From: Malacoraja senta
Taxonomy: Eukaryota
Reading direction: 5' to 3'
NCBI GenBank assembly: GCA_038087875.1
Contig: CM075982.1
Coordinates: 17,918,001 to 17,982,000 of the forward strand
DNA: 64,000 nt
Shown piece by piece: positions 12,531 to 25,026 of the stretch. How positions within the stretch are numbered: the first letter of the stretch is position 1; every line of letters begins with the position of its first letter. The position numbers and the translations under genes are program-made. The notes beneath the pieces were generated by a model. That model was given only the letters and a program-made list of their open reading frames with translations. It was not told the DNA's origin and searched no databases.

Positions 12531-12781
12531 AAGGGCCTGTCCCACTTGGCGATTTTTTTTTCGGCAACTGCCGGTGTCATTGACTGATGAATCCTGGTTG
12601 CTGAATTATTTTGAACATTTCAAAATCCAGCATTGACAAAAAAAATGTTGCGACACTTGAGGAAACACAGCGCGTCAATGAGTCATCACGCCGCATCATG
12701 CTGCAACTTATTCGGTGACCAGATATGCTAGTCAATGATGCTGACGGTCGCCGAAAAAATCGCCAAGTGGGACAGGCCCTT
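12531..12781. mobile_element. MITE, about 250 bp, with about 30-bp TIRs
   Basis: AAGGGCCTGTCCCACTTGGCGATTTTTTTTTCGGC ... GCCGAAAAAATCGCCAAGTGGGACAGGCCCTT, flanked by TA on both sides. Confidence 0.9.
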
Positions 12782-13442
12782 TAATGGTTTTCCTCTTTGC
12801 AATCACCTAAACGCAAATATAATTACTCTTCACTTGGCTAAGATTGCAAACATTGCAACTTGGGTTGTGTATGATGTGAGCAGTGGGACGATATCATCTG
12901 CAAGCTGATAATATATTTGCTAAACTGTGGGCAGTACAAGTTATTGGAGACAATTCATGGAGACAGAGAAAATATGCCACACATAGCTGGATCTTGGGCA
13001 TGAGGGTGAATGTGTCTTGAGCAGGAATGACCATTTACCCCCTAGTGTCCACCCCATCATTCTGGAAATGCATCGGGTCAAGCAGTTTCCGTGGAAAGCG
13101 AAACATTTAATATTTAAATTCTGGGACCGTTTGTCAACTAGGAAAGAGATTAGCTAGTTTGTTTTCAGTAAGAGAAGATGAGGAATGGGTAGAACAAAGG
13201 GAATATCTCTGATAAGGTGAAGACAATGATAATGAGCCTATTACAAGCATTGCGCTTTGTCTTAATGTGATGTTAATAATGAGGCTATTGGGACAAATTC
13301 AAGTCTGGCATAATTGAATTTGCCAACATTTGGTAAATTGCTTTCTTTTTAGCTGTATAAGATAGTCATTTCTGCCTGTCAGTGCAGGCTCAGTTTTTTC
13401 CCATCCGTGTAATCTTGCCTTCTGGGATTTGTTTATAATGCA

Positions 13443-14188
13443 TTGTACAACTAAGAAGCATAATGTACATAAAACTGCTCTAACCATCCCTATAAACCCT
13501 TCTGGGTTTGCCTAGTAGAGGCATTCCCTTTGTCCTATGTTCCCCTCCCACATTTTCTTTGTGAAGACTAATTAGTTTCTCCCCCGGTTCTATTGAAGGG
13601 ATCCCAACGTGAAACATTAACTTTGTTTCCCTTTCTACGGATGGTGCCTGGCCAGCAGTGTTTCTAGAATATACTGTTTTTATTTCATATTTCCAGAATC
13701 TGCAATTTTCTTGATTTCCAATTACATCGTGACTGATCTGTTATATCTATGCCACTTTCTGGCACATTCCCAGACCCTTTGATTCCTTTGATATCTAGAA
13801 AAACTAATCTGTAGTGAATATGCTTGATGATTGAATTGAGCTTCCACAACTGTCTTGCACTGAATTCCAGAGACAGACTATGGTCTAGATGAAGAACAAT
13901 TTCCCTCATACTAAGCAATCAACCCTGAAATTGTTACCACTAATTCTATACAACCTCAAGGGAAATATTATCTCTATTACCCCCGAACAAACCTCGTATG
14001 TTGGTTTCAATGAGATCGCTTGTACAACTAAGAAGCATAATGTACGTAACTGCTCTGACCATCCCTATAAACCCTTCTGGTTTTGCCTAGTAGAGGCATT
14101 CCCTTTGTCCTATGTTCCCCTCCCACATTTTCTTTGTGAAGACGAATTCGATTCTCTCCCGGTTCTATTAAACGGACCCCAACGTGAA
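13443..14188 (+). repeat. Local direct duplication of about 170 bp (13443-13613 and 14020-14188)
   Basis: TTGTACAACTAAGAAGCATAATGTAC...CCCAACGTGAA occurs twice with few differences. The second copy interrupts an old minus-strand CR1 (about 13715-14900). Confidence 0.9.
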
Positions 14189-14929
14189 CCTGGCATATCC
14201 TCTCGACTATGCCAATTTAGTCGATCATGCCTCATAGGGCTAACCTCCAATCCAAGAACCAATCCAGTAAATCTTTGGTGCAATCTGGAGGAGGTATATC
14301 CTTGAATACGGAGACTACATCTGTACACGGTATTCAAGGTAGTCTCACTCGTACCCCATATCATTTCAGAAATATTATTACTTATTCAGACCTTTTTGTA
14401 CTAAAGCTCAATGTGCAATCTTACAACTTAATTGCTGGCTGAACCTCCATGTTAACTTTTTGTTTGTGTGCAAGGTCTCCCAGGTCCCTCGAACGCTAAC
14501 TTTTAATCTTGTACCCATTACAACATTCTCTGCCTTTTTTAAAAATAAAGTTGATTTATGTTTCTACATTATATTCTATGTGTCATACCATGCACAATTC
14601 CATAACCTGGCAGTTTTCCATTCAAGTTCCTCTGCATCCTTGTCAAAATTTACACTGCCTAGTGCTCTGCCTTAAGCAAGGTTGAATATGTTACACTTGC
14701 TTCTCTCATATAAATTATTAACACGGATGGTGAATAACTAAGGATCCTGCATAATTACTGTGGTAACCCACTGGTTACAGTCTTACAATTAATGGGGGAA
14801 TTATTTTTTCCTATTGTTTTCTTTCCATTAACCAGTCCTCAATCCATTCCAATATAATACCCCTACCCTAGTGCTATAAATGTGTCATCTTGAAAGCCTT
14901 CAAAAAGTCCTAATGCATTACATTGATTG

Positions 14930-15755
14930 CTTGGAGATGGGTTGGTTAGCATGTTTACAGACAACACCAAAATTGCTAGAGATGTGAACAGCAAGGAAGG
15001 TTGTCAAAGGATATAGTGAGACTTGGATCAGTTAGAGATATGGGTGGAAAAATGTCAGATGGAATTTAATCTGAGCAAGTGGAATTTATAGTTGATGACA
15101 AAACTCTCAATTGATGTCCAGAGGGATCTTGGGGTCCAGGTCTATAGCTCCCTGAAAGGGGCAACACAAGTAGATAGTGATAACAAATGCCTTTGTTGTG
15201 CTTGGCTTCACTGGCCAAAGCATTGAGGATAAGAGCCATGAAGTCGTCTTGCAGCTTTATAGACATTTTGGTTAGGCCATATTTGGAACGTTGTGTGCAG
15301 TTCTGGTTGTCCCATAGCAGGAAGGATGTGGATGCTTCAGAGAGAATGAAGAAGAGGTTTACCAGAATGCTGCCTGGATTAGAGGTTATTAGCTACAAGG
15401 AAAGGTTAAATGAAAACATTTTTTTTTTCTGGAATATCGGAGGCTGAGGGTAGACAGTTGGAAAGTTTTTTTGGGGTGGTAATGTCAAGACTATGGCATT
15501 GCCTTAAGGTGACGGGGCAAAGTTTAAAGAAGACGTGTAGAGCAATTGTGAGTGGCGAGTGTCTGAAAGGTGCTGTCAAACGTGGTGGAAGTGGATACAA
15601 AAGTGGTGTTTAAGGTTTTTTTTCGATGGGCACATAGATACGTAGGGAATGGAGATATGAATCACAAGCAGGCACAGGCGATTAACTTGGTATCATATGT
15701 GGTACAAACATTGTGAGCTGAAGGGCCTGTTCCTGTGCTGTATTGTTCTGTTCTT
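14930..15755 (+). mobile_element. Degenerate CR1 LINE 3' fragment
   Basis: ORF 15187 contains LVRPYLERCVQFW..SRKDVDASERMKKRFTRMLPGL, followed by the 3' tail GAAGGGCCTGTTCCTGTGCTGTATTGTTCT. Confidence 0.85.
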
Positions 15756-16239
15756 GTACTTTTAAAGTCTTTGGTTTAATGTGCTGTTTGACCTCTTTGC
15801 CACAGTTGGATCTTTTAGTGGACTTAACATGATATAAATATGTTGTAAATTACAAATCAATTTCATAGTCAATCTATGCCTTATACTCGTGCCTTTTTGG
15901 TTGGTTTATTTAAAATTTAGACCCTAATTTCAGGTTGAAATAAATGACGACAATATACAAATGCATTCTGTCTATTGTGATCACTCATTCCCAAAGCACC
16001 TTTCACCTCAACTTCATTAATTAATATTTGTTTAAATCAGTACCAGATCAAAAGTGGCCTATTCCTAATTAGCTAAGAGACCACCTTGTTTACACTGAAT
16101 TGGTCTTCCACATTTCTAATGCTAATTTGTAATGTCCAATTTATATTCAAGCCACTGTTACATGCTTCTCTACTTTCATGGTCATCATTATCCATTTCAC
16201 TATCCTGGTTAGTGCCCTCAGCTGGGAAGTCGATGTTGA

Positions 16240-16410
16240 TAGATGCAGAATGCTAGAGTAACTCAACTCAAACTGGGTCTGAAGATGTATCTCGACCTGA
16301 AACGCCACCTATTCCTTTTCTCCAGAGATGCTGCCTGACCCGCTTAGTTACTCCAGCATTTTGTGTCTATCTTCAGTGTAGACCAGCAACTGCAGTTCCG
16401 TCCTACACAA
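16240..16410 (+). mobile_element. Solo PLE terminal repeat with a degenerate hammerhead and a short inverted head
   Basis: GGGT CTGAAGA ... GAAACGCC ACCT followed by ...GAGATGCTGCCTGACCCGCTTAGTTACTCCAGCATTTTGTGTCTATC. 16240-16266 is an inverted copy of its own 3' part. Confidence 0.8.
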
Positions 16411-16753
16411 GTTGGTGTGGATGTTGGTTAAGGAAGATGTTAGTGACTTTTGCTCTCTACCCATTGCCCATCTGGTTTCATAGTCGGTGGTTAAAGCAAC
16501 TGAGGGCACCTGATGCCCATTAAGATGGCTTCATTAATGTGTCACTTCTCAATGAAGGGATGAAGTTGAATAGCCTAAACTATTGGGTAGTATTAAATTT
16601 AGCATGACAAGTATTGTCCATCAGTCAGTTATATGCCCATAGCAATGGACTGATTAGAGTTCAACTGATAAGGTGAATGTAAAAAGCACATACAAAGAAT
16701 GCTTGGGATACTCAACATTATTTGTGGAAAGAAGCAGTTAACATTTCAGATGA

Positions 16754-17765
16754 GTAAGAAGGAACTGCAGATGCTGGTTTAAACCAAAGATAGACACAAA
16801 GCTGTAGTATGGCAGCGTCTCTGGAGAGAAGGAATGGGTGACGTTTCGGGTTGAGACCTTCTTCAGACTGGTTAGGGATAAGGAAACGAGAGATATAGAC
16901 GGTGATGTGAAGAGATGAAGAACAATGAATGAAAGATATGCAAAAAAAGTAACGATGATATAGGAAACAGGCCATTTTTAGCTGTTTGTAGGGTGAAAAT
17001 TAGAAGCTAGTGTGACTTGGGTGGGGGAGGGATAGAAAGAGAGGGAATGCTGGGGTGACCTGAAGTGAGAGAAATCAATATTCATACCACTGCCCAAGCG
17101 AAATATGAGGTGTTCCTTCAATTTGTGTTTAGCCTCACTCTGACAATGGAGAAGACTGAGGACAGAGAGGTCTGTGTGGGAATGGGAAGGAGAATTAAAG
17201 TGTCCAGCAACCGGGAGATCGGGCAGGTTCAGGCGGGCTGAGTGAAGGTGTTCCGCGAAACGATCGCCCAGTCTGCGTTTGCTCTCGCCGATGTATAAGA
17301 GTCCACATCTTGAACAACGGATACAATAGATGAGGTTGGAGGAGGTGCAAGTGAACCTCTGCCTAACCTGAAAGGACTGTCTGGGTCGCATCTTGTTGCA
17401 TCTTCTGCGGTTGTAGGGGAAGGTACCTGGGGAGGGGGTGGTTTGGGTGGGAAGGGATGAGTTAACCAGGGAGTTGCAGAGGGAACGGTGTCTGCGGAAG
17501 GCGGGAAGGGGGGGGGGGGGAGGAGATGGGAAAATGTGTCAAGTGGGAGGATCCCGTTGGAAGTGGCGGAAATTTCGGAGAAATGTGATGTATGCGAAGG
17601 CTGAAGGTAAGGACTAGGGGGACTGTCTCTGTTGCGACTAGGGGAGGGGGAGCAAGGGTGGAGCTGCGGGGTATTGAGGAGACAAGTGAGGGAGAGAGGG
17701 GAGATGGGAGAGGGGAAACCCCGTTCCCTAAAGAATGAGGACATCTCGGATATCCTAATATGGAA
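16754..17765 (-). mobile_element. 5'-truncated Penelope-like element (end of RT thumb region, GIY-YIG, terminal repeat with hammerhead at 16836-16870)
   Basis: ORF 16978..17391 reads RQRFTCTSSNLIYCIRCSRCGLLYIGESKRRLGDRFAEH; upstream MSSFFRERGFP. The minus strand has CUGAAGA AGGU CUCA ACCC GAA ACGU C. Confidence 0.9.
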
Positions 17766-18995
17766 GGATCAGATCTTTAATCCAAACTCAGTGCCGATTG
17801 ACTGATAAGTAGCCTGTTTGCATACTGCAGCAAACCAAATCAAATGCCACGTCACATGATGACCCCGAAGTGGTGGTGTTTTATAATGCATTGTTCAGAT
17901 CCAGTTCCTTACGAGTGATGGAGACTTCAGAGAAGAAAACAAGACTCGTCCAAAGTGTTAATAATGTCCACTTTGAGGTTGCTGTACATGTGGTTGAGGT
18001 GGTTAATTGGGGGGAGAGTGGGATGGCAGGAGGGACTTCAAATTGGCTCTCATATGGAATAACATAATTTTGGTAAACAGGAATTACACGTCCATAGAAT
18101 TTGCTCAGTAATTTGTCCCAAATCAGTCAAAACCCAGCACAAAATTATGTAATTTCAATTGTGAGGTGTGATTGATGCAAATTAAGCTCCTGAAATCATT
18201 TGTACTAATTTTAATGAGTACAATTGGCTCCATGCAAAACTTGCGTGTTTTCTAACATTCAATGAGGATATTTCCAAGGCCTCTGAGGTAGCTAAGAAAT
18301 GAATATATTTAACATTTTCTAGGAAGGTAACACCAAATGGTACTGTGTATCCTAGTTGCTTAAAACTAGACTACTGGAGCAAGATGGACATATCAACAGT
18401 AGTTATTGTTTAGTGAAAATCCCATTTTCATCTGATTTTAAAACTGCAGCAGATTGTCAGTCTTAAAAAATATTCCTCTTGAGATATTCCCATATTTTGA
18501 TCAAGGGGAGAATAGATAATTGTATTCTCAGATGTTGGACAATGTACTGGTTCTTGTAATGTTAAAGCTTGCAATTAATGCAGATTTGTTTAACTGGAAG
18601 CTTGTGCTGTGACATTGCTGTGGGAGAACAAGGACAATTCAGGCTCTCACTCGCTGTTGCACTTGAGTCGGCCTAGTTTTAGGCTCCAGCCTCTAAAGTA
18701 GATATTGAACCCATAATCTGCTGACTTAAAAGCCAGAATGCTACAACTGCGCCCAAGCTGCTATTTTGTTTACCACACTCTTCTAAACTTAGGAACCAGT
18801 GTCATCTGCTCGGGTCTCTGAAGTTTTCAGGGAATTACAGAATGGTTAAAGCATGAAAGGAAGCCATTTAGCCCTTTGAGTCTGTGCAAGTGGCATGCAA
18901 GAGCAATCCAACTTCGTCTTGCTCTCTCCTCGTAAATTCAAGTATACGTCCAGTTCCCTTTGAACATCCTTGAAAAGCACTATATAAATAAAATG

Positions 18996-19029
18996 TATTA
19001 TTATTATTATTATTATTATAATTATAATT
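18996..19029. repeat. (TAT)n microsatellite
   Basis: TATTATTATTATTATTATTATTATAATTATAATT. Confidence 0.9.
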
Positions 19030-19684
19030 GAGTGTGCCTCCAAAATTACCCCAATCTGTGCATTCCAGGTCTGTGTGTGGTTGGGAGGGAGGTTAAGAAT
19101 AAAACATTCCTTGTCACTGTTGATTATTTTGTAAATTGTTTCACCTGCTGTTTCTGTACCCTTTCATAATGGTAACTCTTTCTCAATGTATATAACCTTC
19201 ATAATTTTAAATACTCAGGACTCCCTCAAACCTTGTGCCAAATTTGCAATGAGATTGAAGTCACACCACTAATAACTGATGAAAGTTTTCCTTAACTTTA
19301 TTTAGCTCCCACATGCAACCACTCTCATCTTGCCCGGTTGCTGCAGAAACTTCATGCTCAAACACCCTGTGTAGCTTCCCATTATTCTGAAACGCTGGCA
19401 TGGGGTTTCTCAGCATTTCAGGTTCTCCAGTTCACGGTTCAGTAAGAGGTTAAATCCTGTTTCCAAGTCTCACTTGTCGCCTATTCTCTCAGTTCAGTGA
19501 AGCAGTACGACATTGTCCGATCTAATTCTGGACCAATTTGCCCAATTGCGGATGGACTATTGGCTGCTATGTTAACATATGTTACTATGTTACTTCAATT
19601 TTGTAGTATCCTAGTTATTGGTACTGAGCCATTCAGGTACCGGAATGTGAAATTGATTGCTCCTGACAGTTCATGCAAGGAAAC

Positions 19685-19858
19685 CTGAGACTGCAGATGG
19701 TGGAATCTGGAGCAGCAAACAATCTGCTGGGCAACTTGGCAGGTTGAGCAACATCAGGGAGGGTGGCAGGGGGTAAGTTATTGATGTGGAGGATACCCTG
19801 CCTCGGAACTTAGTCCATCGATGCCGTTTGACCTGCTGTGTTCCTCCAGAAGATTGCT
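19685..19858. mobile_element. Old PLE terminal repeats in inverted (fold-back) arrangement
   Basis: CAATCTGCTGG..GCAGGTTGAGCAACATC is mirrored by GATGCCGTTTGACCTGCTG..CCAGAAGATTG. Confidence 0.55.
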
Positions 19859-20367
19859 AGTTCATACAAGGACCTAATTTCCCCATGTGGGCCTCATGAG
19901 TAAAAGTCTTCACTCAGCTACTTTGGTGTCTTAACCTGGCTTCTAGTTATGGCTTAGTGACCGATAGCTCTTCTGCTTGTTGCAGAGTCCCTGGATGCCA
20001 TTGGATTCATCTTAAAGTGGACATAGTGTTTATCTTAATTATAACAACTTGATGACCTTTTCCCTATTGATTAAGTTGCTAAGACCTTGAGTCTTAGTAA
20101 AGCAAGCTAATGTCTCAATTTAAAGTTGCTGGTGAACAAAGCTGAAAGAATAATACTTTGGGGTTTTGTTCCTTTTCTCGTGCTGGACAAATTTATCAGG
20201 TTGTCAATTTTGACAATTCACTTCAATTAACTTATTATCTGTCCTTTTGTTTTAGCATTCTCAGTGAACTTTAATCATCCTTGTATATTGCAACCGCTAC
20301 ATTTTGGTTCAAACTAAAATAATATCAATTTTTTATTTGTTCTGGGATGACTCCTGTCTACTGGAGA

Positions 20368-21520
20368 TAGGAGACTGCAGATGCTGGAATGTAGAGCAAC
20401 TGTTGGAGGAGCTCCTCGTTTTAGACAGCAGGTCTGGGAAAGGAATGACAGGTGATATGTGAAAAGAGAGCTGATGGGCAGCAGGAATCAGATTGGGGTG
20501 GGGATAGGAGACCATGTGGGGAATGTGTTGAGGGGGGTAGGTGGAAGAAACCAGATGGGGGAGAGGGATACAACTGAGTGGTGGGGGTGTAGATGGGGTG
20601 TGGGAAAGTGAGAATGAATTGACAGTATTGGATTGGGAGAGAGGGGGATATGAGGTATTGTTCTTTACGTTTGTGTTTGGCCTCGAGGTGTTAGTGGGGA
20701 AAGCTGAGAATAGTATGGGAATGGGAAAAGAGTTAAAATGGCATGCAGTCAGGAGTTCAGGATGGCCACAGTTGAATTGAGAGCAGTTGCTCTGAGAACT
20801 GGTTGACTATGGTAGACTTGGTCTTGTGGATATAAAGCAGGCAATATCAGAAGCATTTAATGCAGTGAATCGTTGCTTCACCTGGCAGGGCTGTGTGTGC
20901 TACTGGAAGGTGGCGGAGCAGGAGGGTAGGGATAGGTGTTGCTGCACCTCTGGTTTCATGGGAAAGTGCCGGGGGCAAGGGAGGAGTGGGTGGGGAATAT
21001 GTCATAGAGTGGTCTCTGCAGAAAGGGTTGGGGAGAGGAACAATACTTTCACCGGCTGCAATGGGACCCCACTGCCATCCACATCTTTCCACTATCCCCC
21101 CCCAATCTGGTTCCACATGCCCTTCAGCTCTCTTATCTGATTCTCTTTGTTACCTTCCTTATTAATCAGAGACCAGTTCTTGCATTTAACCCACCACATC
21201 ACATTACAGCCTCTCACACTTCCATTCCCCCCCACTTGCTCCTTCTGTTCGTTCTTATCTCTTGTCTGTTCCCACCCTCCTGTCCTCTTTCTAAAAAAAA
21301 CTTGCCCTTCTCCACCCCCAACTGGCTACATCGACCCATCATCCCCCGCTTCATGTCCACCTAGCACCAACCGTCTCCAGCCTCGCCCGTCCCAATCCCC
21401 TCTTTATACTAGCTGTTCTCCCTCACCTCAGTCCCGATGCAGGGTCTTGACTAAAAATGCGGACCACTCCTTTCCCTCCATTGATGCAGTTTACCCACTG
21501 AGTTCCCTCAAATTGTTTTT
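20368..21520. mobile_element. Old Penelope-like element: degenerate minus-strand GIY-YIG region followed by an inverted 3' region
   Basis: 20640-20960 aligns by eye with 4330-4640. 21430-21510 is a plus-strand terminal repeat. Confidence 0.55.
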
Positions 21521-21751
21521 TAGCACCAATCTACCCATGTAGTTGAAGTTCCTCATTCCTGGAATCTTAGGAAATCTCTTCATCCTCTGGAGCCTTCTCA
21601 TCTTTCTTATGATTGATATCCAGGAGTGGTTGATGTACTCTAGTTATGGATGAATCAGTGTAGTGTAAAGGTTCATCACGACTTTCTTATTCTTGTATTC
21701 TGTATGCTTTATGAAGCGCAGGATCTTGTACCCTTTTACACAATTTCACAA

Positions 21752-21886
21752 CTGGTCTGAAGAAGGGTCTCAAGCCAAAATATCACCTATCCATGTTCTT
21801 CAGAGATGCTACCTGACCTGTCGAGTTACTCCAGCACTTTGTCTTTTTTCCCCCTGTAAACCAGCATCTGCAGATCTTTGTATATC
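21752..21886 (+). mobile_element. Solo PLE terminal repeat (hammerhead with G12 lost) inserted in an old CR1
   Basis: GGT CTGAAGA AGGGTCTCAAGCC AAAATATC ACC ... GAGATGCTACCTGACCTGTCGAGTTACTCCAGCACTTTGTC. Confidence 0.8.
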
Positions 21887-23378
21887 CCCACCACTGATGG
21901 CTGGCTCACTGGTCAATAGCTCGTTGGCTTATCCTTGCTACCCTTCTTAAATAATGGTACAACATTACCCAACCTGCAGTCTTGTATAACTTTACCTGTG
22001 GGTGAAGATGATACAAGGGCCTTGGCAATTTCCATCCTAGCTTCCCACAAGGTCTGAGAATATACTTACTTGGTCAGGCCCTGGGAATTTAACTACCTTA
22101 ATGTGCTTTAAAACAACCAAATATCTCCTCTTTGGTAATTCAGATGAGATGAGATATGTCTACCTTAAAAGCCTCCCATGGTTTGCCAGGCAAAGCCAGA
22201 AATGAATGCTGATTCCAATTTGCCTGTGGCAGATCTATTTACAACCCATTGTTCCAGGCTCCTCTACAATGTTTTTTTTTAACCTTGGAATGGCCTGGCA
22301 TATTTTATTCTTAATATTATTCTTAATATCTCCTCCCACGGTTGTCCCATTATGCTTCTCATTTCTAGCAATGTTCCCTTCCTTACTGTCACAGAAAATA
22401 TTACTAAAAATAAATAAACTCTCCATCTTTGCACCCTTATTGCTGTTATCTCAGTTTACTTTTGGTTAGTTATCACCACTATGAATTTTGCACATCAGTT
22501 TAATGTCCCTGCAAATGTGCTCAATATTTTTCCCACCAGCTGGTATCGTATAGGACATTCAAAGCTAGTGTTATCACACTCCTTGTGTCTTTAAGCTTTC
22601 ACCCCCCGCCCACCTCCTCATCAACTTAAAAAAAACAAAAAACGCAAGGATTTAAAGCCGAATTATGCATCCCTCTAATTCTAATTCTGAACTAACTACA
22701 ACACACAATTGTGGTACATATGTTTTTTAAGGTAGATTTCTGCAGATAAGGATTACAAATGGTTGCCAAATTGTAGCCCATACTCTGGGCAGAAGTATTT
22801 TCTATAAGGGTAAGAAATTGGTGCTTTATTTGAATGTAACATACGTACAATGCCACTTCCTTGGTCTTTCTGCTTGATTCAGTAAGGTCAAACTTGATAC
22901 ACTGCCTTCAAATGTGACTGCCTTATTATAGGACGGAATGACATCAAAATAATCATTGGGATTAGTTCTAGGAATAAGGCAACAAGCATTAAATTGAGGA
23001 TATCTTGCGGGTTTAAATAAAAGGATTTGAAAATATTTTAGACTGATTATTAACTTCTATAAATCACCAAAGGGTAAATTTTATTACTACCAGGAGCAAA
23101 CAGAGGGATTATTTGATTTGCCTTCAACATATAATTATTCGATAATGCATCATTCTTGATTTTTTAGAATAAAAAAGAAAAAGATGGGTAAAATAGAAAT
23201 CAAACAGCATTGGCTCGTTAGAAGTGGCTTCCTTCAAGTAATGTAATTTCTAAAATAAAGCAAAGAAGGACCAAATGTAAACTGTGAATTCATTCACTGA
23301 AGGGTGTTGAAGATTTTGGGATAAAATTCACTAAATTGGATGCAGTGAGGCATGTAAATAGGGATGTTCAATACGTAG

Positions 23379-24801
23379 GTACACAAAAATGCTGGAGAAA
23401 CTCAGCGGGTGGAGCAGCATCTATGGAGTGAAGGAGATAGGCATCGTTTCGGGCCGAAACCCTTCTTCAGACTGATAGGGGGTGGGGGGAGGCGGGAGAA
23501 GAAAGGAAAAAGGAGGAGGAGGAGCCCGAGGGCTGAGGGAGAGGTAGGAAGGGGAGGAGACAGCAAGGGTTAACGGAATTGTGAGAATTCAATGTTCATG
23601 CCACCAGGATGCAGACAACCCAAGCGGAATATGAGGTGCTGTTCCTCCAATTTCCGGTGTTGCTCACTCTGGCCGTGGAGGAGGCCCAGGACAGAGAGGT
23701 CGGATACGGAATGGGAGGGCGGGTTGAAGTGCTGAGCCACCGGGAAGTCAGGTTGGTTAGTGCGGACCGAGCGGAGGTGTTCGGCGAAACGATCGGCAAG
23801 CCTACGCTTGGTCTCACCGATATAGATCAGCTGACATCTAGAGCAGCGGATGCAATGATAGGAGGTTGGAGGAGGTGCAGGTGAACCTCTGTCGCACCTG
23901 GAACGATTGCTTGGGTCCTTGAATGGAGTCGAGGGGGGAGGTAAAGCGACAAGTGTAGCATCTCTTGCGGTTGCAAGGGAAAGTGCCCGGGGAAGGGGTG
24001 GAGCAGAAGGGAAGGGAAGAATTGACAAGGGAGTTATGGAGGGAGCGGTCTTTGCGGAAGGCAGACAGGGGGGGAGATGGGAAGATGTGGCGAGTGGTGG
24101 GGTCACGTTGGAGGTGGCAAAACTGACGGAGGACTATGTTGTATGTGCCGGCTAGTGGGGTGAAAGGTGAGGACCAGGGGGACTCTGCCCTTGTTGCGAG
24201 TGGGGGGGATGGGGAGAGAGAGCAGTGTTGCGGGGTATGGAGGAGACCCTGGTGCGAGCCTCATCTATAGTGGGGGAGGGGAACCCCCGTTCCCTGAAGA
24301 ATTAGGACATTTGCGATGCCCTGGTGTGGAACACCTTATCCTGGGAGCAGATGCGGCGTAGACGGAGGAATAGGGGATGGAGTCCTTACAGGAAGCAGGG
24401 TGGGAGGACGAGTAGTCAAGATAGCCATGGGAGTCAGTAGGTTTATTGTGGATGTCGGTCAGAAGTCTATCACCTGCGATGGAGATAGTGAGGTCAAGGA
24501 ATGGTAGGGAAGTGTCGGAAATGGTCCAGGTGTATTTGAGTGCCGGATGGAAGTTGGTGGTGAAGCGGATGAAGTCAGTCAGTTGTGTGTGGGTGCAGGA
24601 GGTGGCATCAAAGCAGTCGTCGATGTAACGGAGGTAGAGGTCGGGGATGGGGCCGTGGTACGCCTCGAACAAGGATTGTTCGACCTACCCGACAAAGAGG
24701 CGGGCGTAGCTGGGGCCCATGCGCGTGCCCATAGCTACGCCTTGTATTTGGAGGAAATGGGAGGAATCAAACGAGAGGAGGAAATGGGAGGAGTCAAACG
24801 T
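23379..24801 (-). mobile_element. Young 5'-truncated Penelope-like retroelement (RT C-half, GIY-YIG, terminal repeat) with a perfect 15-bp TSD
   Basis: The minus strand encodes QIQGVAMGTRMGPSYARLFVG..DLYLRYIDDCF..FHPALKYTW..LPFLDL (PLE RT) and CIRCSRCQLIYIGETKRRLADRFAEH (GIY-YIG), with stops and frameshifts. TSD ATGTTCAATACGTAG at 23364-23378 and 24802-24816. Confidence 0.95.
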
Positions 24802-25026
24802 ATGTTCAATACGTAGCTGTTTCTGAAATGAAAGCCAGTGATGAGCTGCAAGATTTTTTCAGTGATGGCTCGTCTTGTAAAATATCTGCCAAGTGATAGG
24901 GTTGAGTAATCTACACAGCATAATTTAAAACAGTAGATCCACAGTTAAACTGCAATAATCCACAAAACATTTAAATTTAAAAAAATGCTTGTTCAACAAG
25001 CATGGACAAATCAAACTGAACACTAA

